From the sequence record PQ741806.1: DNA of 64,000 nucleotides, one strand, 5' to 3'. Shown in pieces: positions 1 to 9,426 of this stretch. Below the pieces are notes generated by a model. That model ran no database searches, was not told where the DNA came from, and saw only the letters and a list, made by a program, of their open reading frames with translations. The position numbers and the translations under genes are program-made. Numbering within the stretch: position 1 is the first letter of the stretch; every line of letters starts with the position of its first letter.

Positions 1-430
1 TATACTTTCCATCAGTATCTGGATCATTGATCTGGAATACAGCATAATCGTGCTCGCTGGTCAGATCAGAGATCTTGAAGCCCGCAGTTTGAATCAGATC
101 ACGAACAAAGACGATGTTGTCATCATGGTCACTCAGTACCCGAATAGGTTTACCGTCAAGTTCACCATTACCACAACGTTCAGCGAAGTCAATCTTGAAA
201 CCGATCAGTTCTTTATGGTTGACAATGTGATCACCAACAACAGAACCCAATAGAGTCAACTCAATGCCGGAACCATCCGGGAAGTAATCAATCAGTCGAA
301 GCTGTTCAAGATCGACGGCGCCAGCTTTAGATGGGATCTCACCTGGTTCACGGAAACCATGACGAACTAGTTGATATAGCGTGTCCAGAGCACCGCCATT
401 TAAATCCCAACCAAGAGTAGACATAGTCAT
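1..430 (-). CDS. Hypothetical protein, partial (runs off left edge)
   Basis: Not in track. ATG at 430 after AAGGA RBS; open frame MTMSTLGWDLNGGALDTLYQLVRHGF... to window edge. Confidence 0.75.
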   Translation of the reverse strand, partial: MTMSTLGWDLNGGALDTLYQLVRHGFREPGEIPSKAGAVDLEQLRLIDYFPDGSGIELTLLGSVVGDHIVNHKELIGFKIDFAERCGNGELDGKPIRVLSDHDDNIVFVRDLIQTAGFKISDLTSEHDYAVFQINDPDTDGKY

Positions 431-441
431 TTCATTTTTCC

Positions 442-783
442 TTATTTAAGTTTTTCTGTTTTACCAGCATCAAGCCACATGAATATCGGTGTCCTGAGAA
501 TATTGTAGACCAACCATCCTTCCGAGATCAGTTCTTCCTCGAATTCAAGAGAAGTAGGCATGTCGTAGATAGCTTTGTATGGGATGACAATAGGCTCTTT
601 CTCGGGCTTATTGAGAATCAATGCATCGTCAGTGTGTTCAAGCAATTGCTTTCGGCTAACAATTCCAAGACTGATACTGAATTCCCTACCTGGATCTTTC
701 CCATTGAAAATACTGCATCGAGTTGCAGTATCAACTCGATCACCAGCGATACCGATTTTAAGTGGAGCAGGGTCTATACCCAT
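442..783 (-). CDS. Hypothetical protein (113 aa)
   Basis: ORF tightly packed in minus-strand operon. Confidence 0.7.
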   Translation of the reverse strand: MGIDPAPLKIGIAGDRVDTATRCSIFNGKDPGREFSISLGIVSRKQLLEHTDDALILNKPEKEPIVIPYKAIYDMPTSLEFEEELISEGWLVYNILRTPIFMWLDAGKTEKLK

Positions 784-859
784 CAGTTCCTCGGCGAGTT
801 AAAGTTGACGTTTAAGTTCGATAATGTTCATAAGAAGTATACCTCCAAAGGAAAATAAA

Positions 860-877
860 GCCTCCCCGAAGGGAGGC
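860..877. terminator. GC-rich hairpin GCCTCCC-CGAA-GGGAGGC
   Basis: Perfect 7-bp stem directly after thyA stop. Confidence 0.8.
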
Positions 878-885
878 GTTTTATG

Positions 886-2352
886 TTAAACAGCAACTTT
901 ACCAGCAATGTGTGGATGATATTCATAGTTCTCGATAACAAAATCATCTACACCAATTTCCCGAATATCTTTACCAATAGCTTCTTCTTTAAAACGGATG
1001 GTAGGTAGAACCTTCGGTTCACGAGTTAATTGAAGATCAGTTTGTTCTTGGTGGTTAGAGTAAATATGTACATCACCACCAGTCCAGATAAACTCTTCAG
1101 CAATCATATTCATTTGGTTAGCTAACATATGGGTCAGCAGACTGTAGAACGTGATATTAAAAGGTTTTCCTAAGAAAGTATCACAAGATCTTTGATAGAG
1201 TTGGCAACTCAATGCACGTTTAGGAACACCATGTTGATCCAGCCATTCTACTACTGCTTCATCTGTAGCCTTTTCATAACCACGACAGACACGCAGAAGT
1301 GCTTTAACCTGCTCAGCACTATCGAATGGAGGTTGACCACGAGTAATCTCACCACTAATCTTATCATGATAAGCATCAGCTTCGAACTGGGTTTGGTCTA
1401 GAGCTTGCACTCGTTCATCTACGGTCAGTTCACGGGTCCAGAACTGAATAAATGCGTGGCAAGGTGGGAGTGCCTGCTCATCAATAAGATGTGGCGCCCA
1501 TGCACAAACAATGATCCGACGAGAATCCGGGTTGGTGCGAAGTTGATCGATGATGTCTTGGATTTGGTCGATACGTCGAGTAACCACGCATCGATCGGTT
1601 TCCATGGTTGTACCTGGGATATCCGCCACGAAGTCAAAACCACGCTTCTCATAATCAAACCACTCATATTTAGGGATTACACGAGTGTCTTCAAGATTAC
1701 GCCATGTCTTACCGTAAACAGCACCTAGATCGCCGCCGACCAGACGCTCTGGTTCTTTATGCATCAAAGCACGATACAGTCGCTTGTTATATTCAGCACG
1801 AATACCTTCAGGATTTTTGGCTTCATCGAACCCTTCAGTAGCGAACCTATTCCACGACGTTACGCTAACTCCAATGATGTATTGGATTTCCTCACGGTTA
1901 ACTGGATATTCATCCCAGAAGGCCTGAATAGTCTCTGGAGTCATACCCGACTCGAATTCCGCTACAGTCTCAATGAATGGAGTAGAGTCATCGTTCATAC
2001 AATGTAAGTACATTACGAATGGGGCACCAATGAGGGCAGTTACTGCTTTAAGAACGGCCTCATCGGTCATCGGCTCATATACTGCGGTTTCAGGTTTAAC
2101 CCACTCGTTCCAGATGCGTACACCATTAGCGATCAGGTAATCCACCTTAGTATCACCTGACAGCATCCAGAACAATTCATGAATTACAGAAGCTAGATGA
2201 ATCTTCTTGGTGGTTACAACTGGTAGCCGATTATTACGCAGACTATAACGTTCTTGTTGACCAAACATGCTCTGAGTACCAGTACCAGTACGGTCACCTT
2301 TATGTACACCGTGTTCTTTAACTAAACGGATTGAATTAAGATATTGTTCCAT
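886..2352 (-). CDS. thyA: Thymidylate synthase with large insertions (488 aa)
   Basis: DRTGTGT, TTKK, IWNEW, ALPPCH catalytic Cys, YQRSCD, PFN, GDVHIYSNH motifs. Confidence 0.97.
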   Translation of the reverse strand: MEQYLNSIRLVKEHGVHKGDRTGTGTQSMFGQQERYSLRNNRLPVVTTKKIHLASVIHELFWMLSGDTKVDYLIANGVRIWNEWVKPETAVYEPMTDEAVLKAVTALIGAPFVMYLHCMNDDSTPFIETVAEFESGMTPETIQAFWDEYPVNREEIQYIIGVSVTSWNRFATEGFDEAKNPEGIRAEYNKRLYRALMHKEPERLVGGDLGAVYGKTWRNLEDTRVIPKYEWFDYEKRGFDFVADIPGTTMETDRCVVTRRIDQIQDIIDQLRTNPDSRRIIVCAWAPHLIDEQALPPCHAFIQFWTRELTVDERVQALDQTQFEADAYHDKISGEITRGQPPFDSAEQVKALLRVCRGYEKATDEAVVEWLDQHGVPKRALSCQLYQRSCDTFLGKPFNITFYSLLTHMLANQMNMIAEEFIWTGGDVHIYSNHQEQTDLQLTREPKVLPTIRFKEEAIGKDIREIGVDDFVIENYEYHPHIAGKVAV

Positions 2353-2552
2353 TACTTGATCCTCGGATTGTCTACTAGTCCACAGTTGAACCAGAGATGT
2401 TTATCATGGCGGCGATCATCACTAATAGATACGATCGTACCCTTACCATCTTTAAAGTTAATAATCAATGCCCGAACTCGGCCATGGGAGAGAGCATTGA
2501 AAATTTTGTACGACTTTACACTGAATGCGATTCTTTCATCAAGACGATCCAT
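2352..2552 (-). CDS. Hypothetical protein (66 aa)
   Basis: Stop overlaps thyA start; GAGG RBS. Confidence 0.65.
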   Translation of the reverse strand: MDRLDERIAFSVKSYKIFNALSHGRVRALIINFKDGKGTIVSISDDRRHDKHLWFNCGLVDNPRIK

Positions 2553-2579
2553 ACTTCATTCCTCTAACCTTACTGGTAA

Positions 2580-2873
2580 TCATAGATCAACCTCTATCCG
2601 TTTGTATTTGATATTAACTGGAATACCTAATTCATTTTTTACAAGATTAAATGAGTTTTTCGATGGAGTGTATGTAGCAACTATAACGGCTTGACTATCA
2701 ACTACAGCTACATCTCGCCATTCCATGTGCATGTTATCGAAATCATCTTTACCCATGATCAAGTAATAAGACGTATCATTATGCGTAATGGTATTTTCAA
2801 ACGGTCTAATTACAAAAGCACTTAAACTAGACGGTATACGGTGTCCTACTTGTTCAAGTGTAACTGTATACAT
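2580..2873 (-). CDS. Hypothetical protein (97 aa)
   Basis: AGGAGG RBS, operon packing. Confidence 0.75.
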   Translation of the reverse strand: MYTVTLEQVGHRIPSSLSAFVIRPFENTITHNDTSYYLIMGKDDFDNMHMEWRDVAVVDSQAVIVATYTPSKNSFNLVKNELGIPVNIKYKRIEVDL

Positions 2874-2894
2874 AAAACCTCCTAGACGATATAC

Positions 2895-2914
2895 GGGAGT
2901 CCCGAAGGACTCCC
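2895..2914. terminator. Hairpin GGGAGTCC-CGAA-GGACTCCC
   Basis: Perfect 8-bp intergenic stem. Confidence 0.75.
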
Positions 2915-2978
2915 TAAGCGCAACTAACCAATCGGCTAGTATCTTACCTATATTATTAGTCTATAAGAAGTATTTTTA

Positions 2979-3686
2979 TTACAGACCAATACGAGTCAAA
3001 ATTTCAGCCCAACCTTTCTCTTTAGCATATCGCAATAGGCTATTTTCAATATGGGTCTCACTATAGACAATAGGCTCATGACCACCTTGCACATGATACA
3101 TTGTTAATGGTTCCACCACATGTTGACTAGACCAAGCATCGTATAAACGATCATTGATTTTAATCACCACATATACCATCAATTTATCGTCGATGTCAAG
3201 ATCAATACCTGCTACAAATGCATTAACATTGGAACGCACTTGGTCAGCAGTTAGTTGCACTTGCAGCCCGCCATGTACTTCAAATTCGATATCACAGATA
3301 TTCTTATTTAACCAAGTATACACTGCCTGATTAGCATATGTCTCAATTGGATCACTACTACGTAAATCTATTAATGGACCATGTGTTTCTAATGATGAGA
3401 CACTGGTATCAACTAAGTCATTCAATGAGTATTCGGTACTAGAACAACTATCTAAAACACAGATAGTGTTATCCTCGATATGGATAGGTAATACCTTGAA
3501 TACCACATTAGCAACATTAGGTAATGAGGTACCTGGTTCAGAACTATTGAATGGAGTATAAAATAATCGATCAGCCACTTCATTATCAATAGTTGATACA
3601 TCCATTGGAACGAATCCATTAAGATCTTGTTTGATTACGTCATTGTGTCCAATTCCAGAAAAAGATAAATACATTTTCTCAGACAT
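2979..3686 (-). CDS. Hypothetical protein (235 aa)
   Basis: Long ORF on operon strand. Confidence 0.8.
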   Translation of the reverse strand: MSEKMYLSFSGIGHNDVIKQDLNGFVPMDVSTIDNEVADRLFYTPFNSSEPGTSLPNVANVVFKVLPIHIEDNTICVLDSCSSTEYSLNDLVDTSVSSLETHGPLIDLRSSDPIETYANQAVYTWLNKNICDIEFEVHGGLQVQLTADQVRSNVNAFVAGIDLDIDDKLMVYVVIKINDRLYDAWSSQHVVEPLTMYHVQGGHEPIVYSETHIENSLLRYAKEKGWAEILTRIGL

Positions 3687-3694
3687 ATCCGTAC

Positions 3695-3952
3695 CTATTT
3701 ATTTACACAGATTAGAGTATGTTCTACTTTACTAGTACTAGAAGAAAAATAACGTAATAGAACACCATCACTGATTTTTACAGTCTCTACATTATTACGA
3801 ATAGCACTTGCTTTAGCTAGTTTTTGAATGCGCTCAATCGCGCTAAAACAAGTAGCCATGTCAGAGAACTCAGCGGTTGACTGCGATGCACCATTGGCTT
3901 GATAACCAGCGATACTGATACTACTAAAAAGAATTGCTAAAGTTGCATTCAT
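3695..3952 (-). CDS. Small exported/membrane hypothetical protein (85 aa)
   Basis: Hydrophobic N-terminus resembling a signal peptide; two Cys. Confidence 0.7.
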   Translation of the reverse strand: MNATLAILFSSISIAGYQANGASQSTAEFSDMATCFSAIERIQKLAKASAIRNNVETVKISDGVLLRYFSSSTSKVEHTLICVNK

Positions 3953-4857
3953 TTCTTACCACCTTTAATAACAGTGAGTTTTGGTGTACCGGTAGGACGA
4001 GAAGGTTTATTAATAATAACCTGCGAATTGGAAGAATTATTGAAATCCTCAACCATCTTATTTACATCATTGTCAAATGAATTAGATGTATTATCACCCG
4101 AGTCCACAGTTGATTCACTAACCACATTTGAAATAGGGTAACTGAGGAGTTCCATCATAAGTACATTGATGTTATCCTGATAGTTTTCATTACGTGTACA
4201 ATTAATAACCCGCTCACACCAATCCATAATTAATTCTGGTGCATTCTGTTTAATTACAGTTACCGCTACTCTAATATGTGCATCTAATTCTGGATTACTA
4301 AATTCAGTTACTCTGTTAATGGCGCTTTCAATCATCTGATCATGCTCATTCTCAGATGTATTCCTTACAACTAACTTACCATTAGTGGTATCGGCTTTAT
4401 TTTTAAAATTAACCTCAGTGACATTACCTACGGTAGTTAATACTGGGTTTTTGTCAACTACATTATTAACAGTTCCTTCTAATGTTGCACGAATAGTATC
4501 TGCATTGAGATATCTATCTACTAGTGGCATTTCAAAGAATGCGTTAGAATTATCATCAATAGGTGTAACTACACCCAATACTGCATAAAGAGGAAGTTTA
4601 ATACTGACCCCAACTCCATTTACTGTTACATTGAAAGAGATATATTCGTCACTGATATAAAAATTCTTTGCACAGCGTGGATGGATATTGAAAGTGATAG
4701 TGTGATCTTCTTTCGCATGCTTTAGAGCTACCTCAGATAAATCAGGTACTAATTGAGTATGTGCTACAATTAGAATATCTCTGAAGTTATTCTCAAGAAA
4801 CCAATCATAGGTAGCTCGAAGAATATGGCCAGTGAGTAATGATTTTACCTTTAGCAT
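3949..4857 (-). CDS. sspB: SspB-like (ClpXP adaptor) protein, 302 aa
   Basis: N-terminus (ILRATYDW...ITFNIHPRCAKNF...ISFN...IKLPLYAVLGV) follows the SspB pattern; C-terminus PKLTVIKGGKK resembles the ClpX-binding tail. Confidence 0.75.
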   Translation of the reverse strand: MLKVKSLLTGHILRATYDWFLENNFRDILIVAHTQLVPDLSEVALKHAKEDHTITFNIHPRCAKNFYISDEYISFNVTVNGVGVSIKLPLYAVLGVVTPIDDNSNAFFEMPLVDRYLNADTIRATLEGTVNNVVDKNPVLTTVGNVTEVNFKNKADTTNGKLVVRNTSENEHDQMIESAINRVTEFSNPELDAHIRVAVTVIKQNAPELIMDWCERVINCTRNENYQDNINVLMMELLSYPISNVVSESTVDSGDNTSNSFDNDVNKMVEDFNNSSNSQVIINKPSRPTGTPKLTVIKGGKK

Positions 4858-4879
4858 ATTTGTATTACCTTTAAATAAA

Positions 4880-5347
4880 TTATAGGAAGATATCTTCTAC
4901 TGAGGGCACTATATTCTTTTCTTTTACAAGTTCAGTAGATTTGGTATAATGTGCATTAAATAGTTTCTTTAAATCTGCTTTTTCATATTTTACAGTATCT
5001 GCTAATTTCCAAATAGTAAGACCTAGATGAATACTAACTGAATTAACATGTTTTACGCATAGATCAATTAATTTGTTAAACTCTTCTAATTCATTTTTAA
5101 TCAACGTTGCATCTAAAGCTTGGTGCAAACGATTAGATAATTTAACTTTATCTTTGTCAATTGTAAAGTTATTTTCAATATCCTTAGCACTCATCGGTGG
5201 TTCAACTTTATACCACACATTGGTTAGTTTACCGTCCACACGCGTCGTGATGGGATGTTTATAATCAGTCCAACTTCTATGTAGATTATGTTTATCATCA
5301 AGAACATCTACAGTAACTTTCTCATTACCTGTAAAGAATGGATACAT
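4880..5347 (-). CDS. Hypothetical protein (155 aa)
   Basis: ORF in operon, start coupled to upstream stop. Confidence 0.8.
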   Translation of the reverse strand: MYPFFTGNEKVTVDVLDDKHNLHRSWTDYKHPITTRVDGKLTNVWYKVEPPMSAKDIENNFTIDKDKVKLSNRLHQALDATLIKNELEEFNKLIDLCVKHVNSVSIHLGLTIWKLADTVKYEKADLKKLFNAHYTKSTELVKEKNIVPSVEDIFL

Positions 5348-5520
5348 TAGGTTGCCTTTATTTTATCAATGAGTAATTTTAATAGTTCATCATTAGTTAA
5401 ATTGTCTTTATTTTTAATAATGTCTTTTAGTTTAAACATATTGAAAGTATACCACAACCACTTATGAATTATATAACAAATCACTATAACTAATAATAGT
5501 AGTGAATGTAATGCTAGCAT
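5347..5520 (-). CDS. Small membrane protein (57 aa), missed by track
   Basis: MLALHSLLLLVIVICYIIHKWLWYTF...KIKAT*; AGGTAG RBS; TAATG stop/start overlap with next gene; first gene after early promoter. Confidence 0.75.
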   Translation of the reverse strand: MLALHSLLLLVIVICYIIHKWLWYTFNMFKLKDIIKNKDNLTNDELLKLLIDKIKAT

Positions 5521-5556
5521 TATAACTACCTATTTTGATATGACTTGACCAAATAT

Positions 5557-5580
5557 GTAATATAGATTTCAAAAAAAATT
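5557..5580 (-). promoter_or_regulatory. phiKZ-type early promoter
   Basis: Minus strand TTTTTTTTGAAATC-TATATTAC (core 5557-5564). Confidence 0.8.
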
Positions 5581-5591
5581 TAATGCAATAA

Positions 5592-5613
5592 AGGAGAGCT
5601 AAATAGCTCTCCT
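5592..5613. terminator. Hairpin AGGAGAGCT-AAAT-AGCTCTCCT
   Basis: 9-bp stem after gene stop, upstream of early promoter. Confidence 0.8.
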
Positions 5614-5621
5614 ATTTATGC

Positions 5622-5912
5622 TTATTTATTTTTCTTTCTTGACTTATCTTTAATAACTAAGTCTAATGCTTCAAACATTTTAACAGCAGTTAAATGGTCG
5701 ATAGAGTATGCCTTTTTACGTAAACGTCCAATAGCTACTGTATACTGGTATTCAGATAAACCATCACTCATATTGTCAATAATTGATAGTGCTTCTTTAT
5801 AAAGCCTGTTACACTTTATCGTGTGTTTGATGGCATAATAACCCCAGTTAATTAAAGCCATCATTATAATCAGAAACAAAATACCTATAATTACTGTCAT
5901 GATATCATTCAT
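5622..5912 (-). CDS. Membrane-anchored hypothetical protein (96 aa)
   Basis: N-terminal hydrophobic helix. Confidence 0.75.
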   Translation of the reverse strand: MNDIMTVIIGILFLIIMMALINWGYYAIKHTIKCNRLYKEALSIIDNMSDGLSEYQYTVAIGRLRKKAYSIDHLTAVKMFEALDLVIKDKSRKKNK

Positions 5913-6222
5913 TTGCTGTTTCCCTATTATTACATTTTAATATAATCAATGAGTTGATATCGTAAATAAAAGATGTAAAAATATGTTGATTTGTTATTTT
6001 AGATGATTCTTTATCTATAATGTCTTGGACAGCATTTTGATAGAAAAAATAACTTATGCCATTGGGCATTTTATCTAATACATATCTAACCTTATAAACA
6101 CCCATCCAGTGAATATAATGATTTTTTATATTAATAATGAAAGTTACACATGTTGATATAGCCGTTAGTGTTATCATTGATATAACAAATACTTTATACA
6201 TTTGCAACCCACAGATTCTCAT
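5905..6222 (-). CDS. Membrane-anchored hypothetical protein (about 100 aa)
   Basis: N-terminal hydrophobic helix; true start may be MYKVF. Confidence 0.7.
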   Translation of the reverse strand: MRICGLQMYKVFVISMITLTAISTCVTFIINIKNHYIHWMGVYKVRYVLDKMPNGISYFFYQNAVQDIIDKESSKITNQHIFTSFIYDINSLIILKCNNRETANE

Positions 6223-6235
6223 CTAGATGAAATAA

Positions 6236-6255
6236 ACCAGCCCCGAAGGGCTGGT
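6236..6255. terminator. Hairpin ACCAGCCC-CGAA-GGGCTGGT
   Basis: 8-bp stem, T-rich tail on minus strand. Confidence 0.8.
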
Positions 6256-6257
6256 AT

Positions 6258-6626
6258 TTATTTTACAACCACAGCTTTACCGTAGTTGTTATCCATACAG
6301 GTTTTAAATGATGTAACGTATGCATCACGTGGGCTTTGTCTACGTGAATACACAACGTGCACCTCTTTAATTGCTGCTGGGAGAACATTGTAAAGAACGT
6401 TATCTTTGTTCTTCACGCCGTACCCTTTTAGGGATCGTAGGTTTTCTTCCCATTGTAAAATGGGTGTTTTACGCTGACGTGCTTCTGCTGTGGCATGTGC
6501 TATAAGTGCAACACCATTACAGTAATTCTCGTCAACTACCAACGATGCAGCTAGTGGGTTTGATACGTATAACAACGTACTTAATACGGCCACTAACTTC
6601 ATTACGTGTGTTAAACATTGCATCAC
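6258..6626 (-). CDS. Exported hypothetical protein (122 aa)
   Basis: Signal-peptide-like N-terminus ending in PLAA; paired Cys. Confidence 0.75.
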   Translation of the reverse strand: MMQCLTHVMKLVAVLSTLLYVSNPLAASLVVDENYCNGVALIAHATAEARQRKTPILQWEENLRSLKGYGVKNKDNVLYNVLPAAIKEVHVVYSRRQSPRDAYVTSFKTCMDNNYGKAVVVK

Positions 6627-6679
6627 GTTGTACCTAGGTTGCTAAGATCAGAATATAAAGCTACTAAAATAGCCTTAAA

Positions 6680-7279
6680 TCATTCTACAACCTTAACGTT
6701 ACCATCTTCAATAACTAGATCTTTACCTACAACATCGGCAAGATCTAACTTATCTTTTACTTCCAGTTTCTTGATACTGTGTACAAAACGGAATACAGAT
6801 AGACGAAGAATTAGTTCTTCTGGTACATCAACAACATCAATAAAGTATTCTGATGGGTTGATATCACAATTGACATATTCCCAACTTTGTCTTAGTTCAG
6901 TTTCATTCTCAGTTACTTGTGCATCAAGAACTTCTTCAAAGTTAATATTGGCAATATTAGTATCATTATCATTCAGATAAGTAAATTGAAGACTAGCATT
7001 ATTAATGAATTCTTCTTCAACTACAGTTAGTGCACGTTGAGCGTGAATGGGTAGATGATATCGAATACACCCATTAATAATAACCTCATTTGCCTTTTCA
7101 ATATAACGTTCTTCTTTGAATTTTACATTAGATACGACGTAATCTAGGATTGCCTTGTAATATTCTTTATGATCTGGGTGGCTCTTTTCAATCCACTGTC
7201 GGCTACTTACGCTAATTTTTTTCTCGGCTAGAAAATCTCGGAATTTAGCACGATCGATATAAGCGGTACGTTTTTTCAT
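6680..7279 (-). CDS. Hypothetical protein (199 aa)
   Basis: AGGA RBS, long ORF. Confidence 0.8.
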   Translation of the reverse strand: MKKRTAYIDRAKFRDFLAEKKISVSSRQWIEKSHPDHKEYYKAILDYVVSNVKFKEERYIEKANEVIINGCIRYHLPIHAQRALTVVEEEFINNASLQFTYLNDNDTNIANINFEEVLDAQVTENETELRQSWEYVNCDINPSEYFIDVVDVPEELILRLSVFRFVHSIKKLEVKDKLDLADVVGKDLVIEDGNVKVVE

Positions 7280-7291
7280 CAGTAGTTCCTA

Positions 7292-7807
7292 TTATTTAAC
7301 ATTTCTAGGTGTTAGTTCGATATGTGAACAGATCACATAAGATGCACATGCCAGTACATCTAAACCATAATACTCATCATAATGGAAATATCCTCTGAGA
7401 TTACCTTGTTTAGTAAAGGTGTATTCATCAGCTAAATCTAACTCGTTACTTGTCTCTAGCACATTGATTAATTTATCATATTCAACTTTTAGTGCTACAT
7501 CAGTACAGATTATTTGCTTGACATATTTGTCAGAGTTAGGATCATTTTTATAATCTAAAGTATCAGTTAATACAGTGGTTAATGCTAGAATAACATAGTC
7601 ATGGTAATTTTCCGGTTGTTTAATCTCACCTTCAGGTATTTCAATCCATTCCCAACCATGCCGTAATATATTTAGCATTACATGCCACTTACTGGTTTCA
7701 TTACTAACCACAGCTATTGGTGAATCATTATAAGGTTTATACAAACCTGTTGTTTTTAAAAGATCTTTTTTAATAGCAGCTATATATAACGGGCGGTTTT
7801 CTGACAT
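7292..7807 (-). CDS. Hypothetical protein (171 aa)
   Basis: ORF in operon; GAGTTATAAAAATG start context. Confidence 0.8.
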   Translation of the reverse strand: MSENRPLYIAAIKKDLLKTTGLYKPYNDSPIAVVSNETSKWHVMLNILRHGWEWIEIPEGEIKQPENYHDYVILALTTVLTDTLDYKNDPNSDKYVKQIICTDVALKVEYDKLINVLETSNELDLADEYTFTKQGNLRGYFHYDEYYGLDVLACASYVICSHIELTPRNVK

Positions 7808-7816
7808 TTTTATAAC

Positions 7817-8146
7817 TCACATATATTTCAAATGTTTGCCAATTGGTCTGTTAGGGTTATACATATAACCACGACCTGCTGCTGCCCTAATTACTAATTT
7901 CTGCATATCTGTTAATTTTCTATAATTATCACCAATTAATTTAAGTATAATACTTTCTATAGAATCATTAGTTAATTCAGAAGGATCTGTTACTTTGAAA
8001 TAATTATATACTAATTCTCTTTTAACTAGAAAATCAACTCTTCGTTTTTCTTTAATTCGTTTATAACGTTGCGATACATGGATAAATGAAAATAAAACAA
8101 CTATCCAGAATAAGGTCAAAAGTAGGTACTCATCAACTACATTCAT
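7817..8146 (-). CDS. Membrane-anchored hypothetical protein (109 aa)
   Basis: N-terminal TM-like segment followed by basic residues. Confidence 0.75.
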   Translation of the reverse strand: MNVVDEYLLLTLFWIVVLFSFIHVSQRYKRIKEKRRVDFLVKRELVYNYFKVTDPSELTNDSIESIILKLIGDNYRKLTDMQKLVIRAAAGRGYMYNPNRPIGKHLKYM

Positions 8147-8471
8147 TTTTAATCCCTATCTTTTTTTTCAAATTATCTTGTAACTCAACTAGTGTTCTGT
8201 TTAATAAACTAATTTGTTTCTGTTGTTCACATACAAGTTCACTTAACGTATTAATCTGTGCCTGTAGTTCTTTAGTATTAGTATCAATAACATCAAGAAT
8301 ATATTCTTTATTTTTCTTAGGCATTCTTTGCTTCCTCAACGTTAATTCACCAAACGGCAGAAAAGATGACTGGGCAGCCAACACTCTTTTAGAATGTCTT
8401 TTGCCCAGTCTTTTAAATGTCTTACGAAGTTTAATTGGTATAAGCATTAAATAATATCTCTTGATGCCCAT
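8133..8471 (-). CDS. Hypothetical coiled-coil protein (112 aa)
   Basis: Heptad-like C-terminal half; overlaps neighbours. Confidence 0.65.
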   Translation of the reverse strand: MGIKRYYLMLIPIKLRKTFKRLGKRHSKRVLAAQSSFLPFGELTLRKQRMPKKNKEYILDVIDTNTKELQAQINTLSELVCEQQKQISLLNRTLVELQDNLKKKIGIKNECS

Positions 8472-8881
8472 GTACCATCTACAGAGTCATTTACAAATGG
8501 TGCACGGTCACCAGGTATTACTTGAGCCCATAAATCCACTTCAAGTAATATCCGACGACATGCATAAAAAGGCTCTACTTCTACCCTGTATGAATTATCT
8601 TTAGGATCAATATACACAGTAGCAACTAGCTTAGGCTGGGCTCTTCGCCATTTATCCCATACTTTAAGAATTACTTCGCCTTCCATTCTGGCTATACGTG
8701 GAGTTATCTTTACCTCACTAATGATTAGCCCATCTGGACCTACCACTCGTTTAGGGGATAGCCATTTATGATAACCAATATCATTAATCCCATTCTTTGA
8801 AAATACCGAGTCTTCAAGATATCCTCTCACACCAGGGTATAACGGAACCATTGTAAGCATATGACACCTATAGTGATCCAT
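8447..8881 (-). CDS. Hypothetical protein (about 137-144 aa)
   Basis: ORF in operon. Confidence 0.75.
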   Translation of the reverse strand: MDHYRCHMLTMVPLYPGVRGYLEDSVFSKNGINDIGYHKWLSPKRVVGPDGLIISEVKITPRIARMEGEVILKVWDKWRRAQPKLVATVYIDPKDNSYRVEVEPFYACRRILLEVDLWAQVIPGDRAPFVNDSVDGTWASRDII

Positions 8882-9266
8882 TGGATGTCCATAAAACTGA
8901 ATAAGGATTTTGAGTTAATTGGAATCTAATTGCAAAGTTTTCGATTTCCCAAAAACGATCAGTCTTATTCCACTCTAATTCCTTTTTCGCCAGATCAACA
9001 TTAATTGTTGATATAATACGATTACGCTCTTCTTCAAATACAGTAAACCTGACGATTGCTGGAAATACGCAATCTCTTTCTTTATAAAAGTTTAGAGTAT
9101 TCTTATCGATATAACCTGGTCCTGGAATAATTTCAAGGATATTAAAATCAGTCCATCCTAAGTCTGGTGTACCTAGATCAGGTAAATGTTTTAAAACCCC
9201 ATTGCGTATAAAGGGTTTTCCATATTCTAGTGTGACTTCATGAAAAGAAGAACCATAGATTTTCAT
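8868..9266 (-). CDS. Hypothetical protein (132 aa)
   Basis: GGTGG RBS, ORF in operon. Confidence 0.75.
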   Translation of the reverse strand: MKIYGSSFHEVTLEYGKPFIRNGVLKHLPDLGTPDLGWTDFNILEIIPGPGYIDKNTLNFYKERDCVFPAIVRFTVFEEERNRIISTINVDLAKKELEWNKTDRFWEIENFAIRFQLTQNPYSVLWTSNGSL

Positions 9267-9426
9267 ACAACCACCATGCGTTTTAATTCATAGGGTTAGT
9301 ATGTTTAGTACCGTTTGAATTTTATTTCATTACAGATGATCGCTTTGTTATATTTGGTGTTTGAATATTTTAGACTAGTTTCAATAAATGCTTTCTTTTT
9401 CATATATACACTTACGCAAAATAAAT

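Noticed and set aside
886-2352. dCMP hydroxymethylase or base-modification enzyme
   Set aside because: Specificity residue is Asn (PFN), as in dUMP-methylating ThyA.
9305-9403. 32-aa minus-strand ORF MKKKAFIETSLKYSNTK...
   Set aside because: Fills a gap but RBS is weak and it is too short to support without conservation data.
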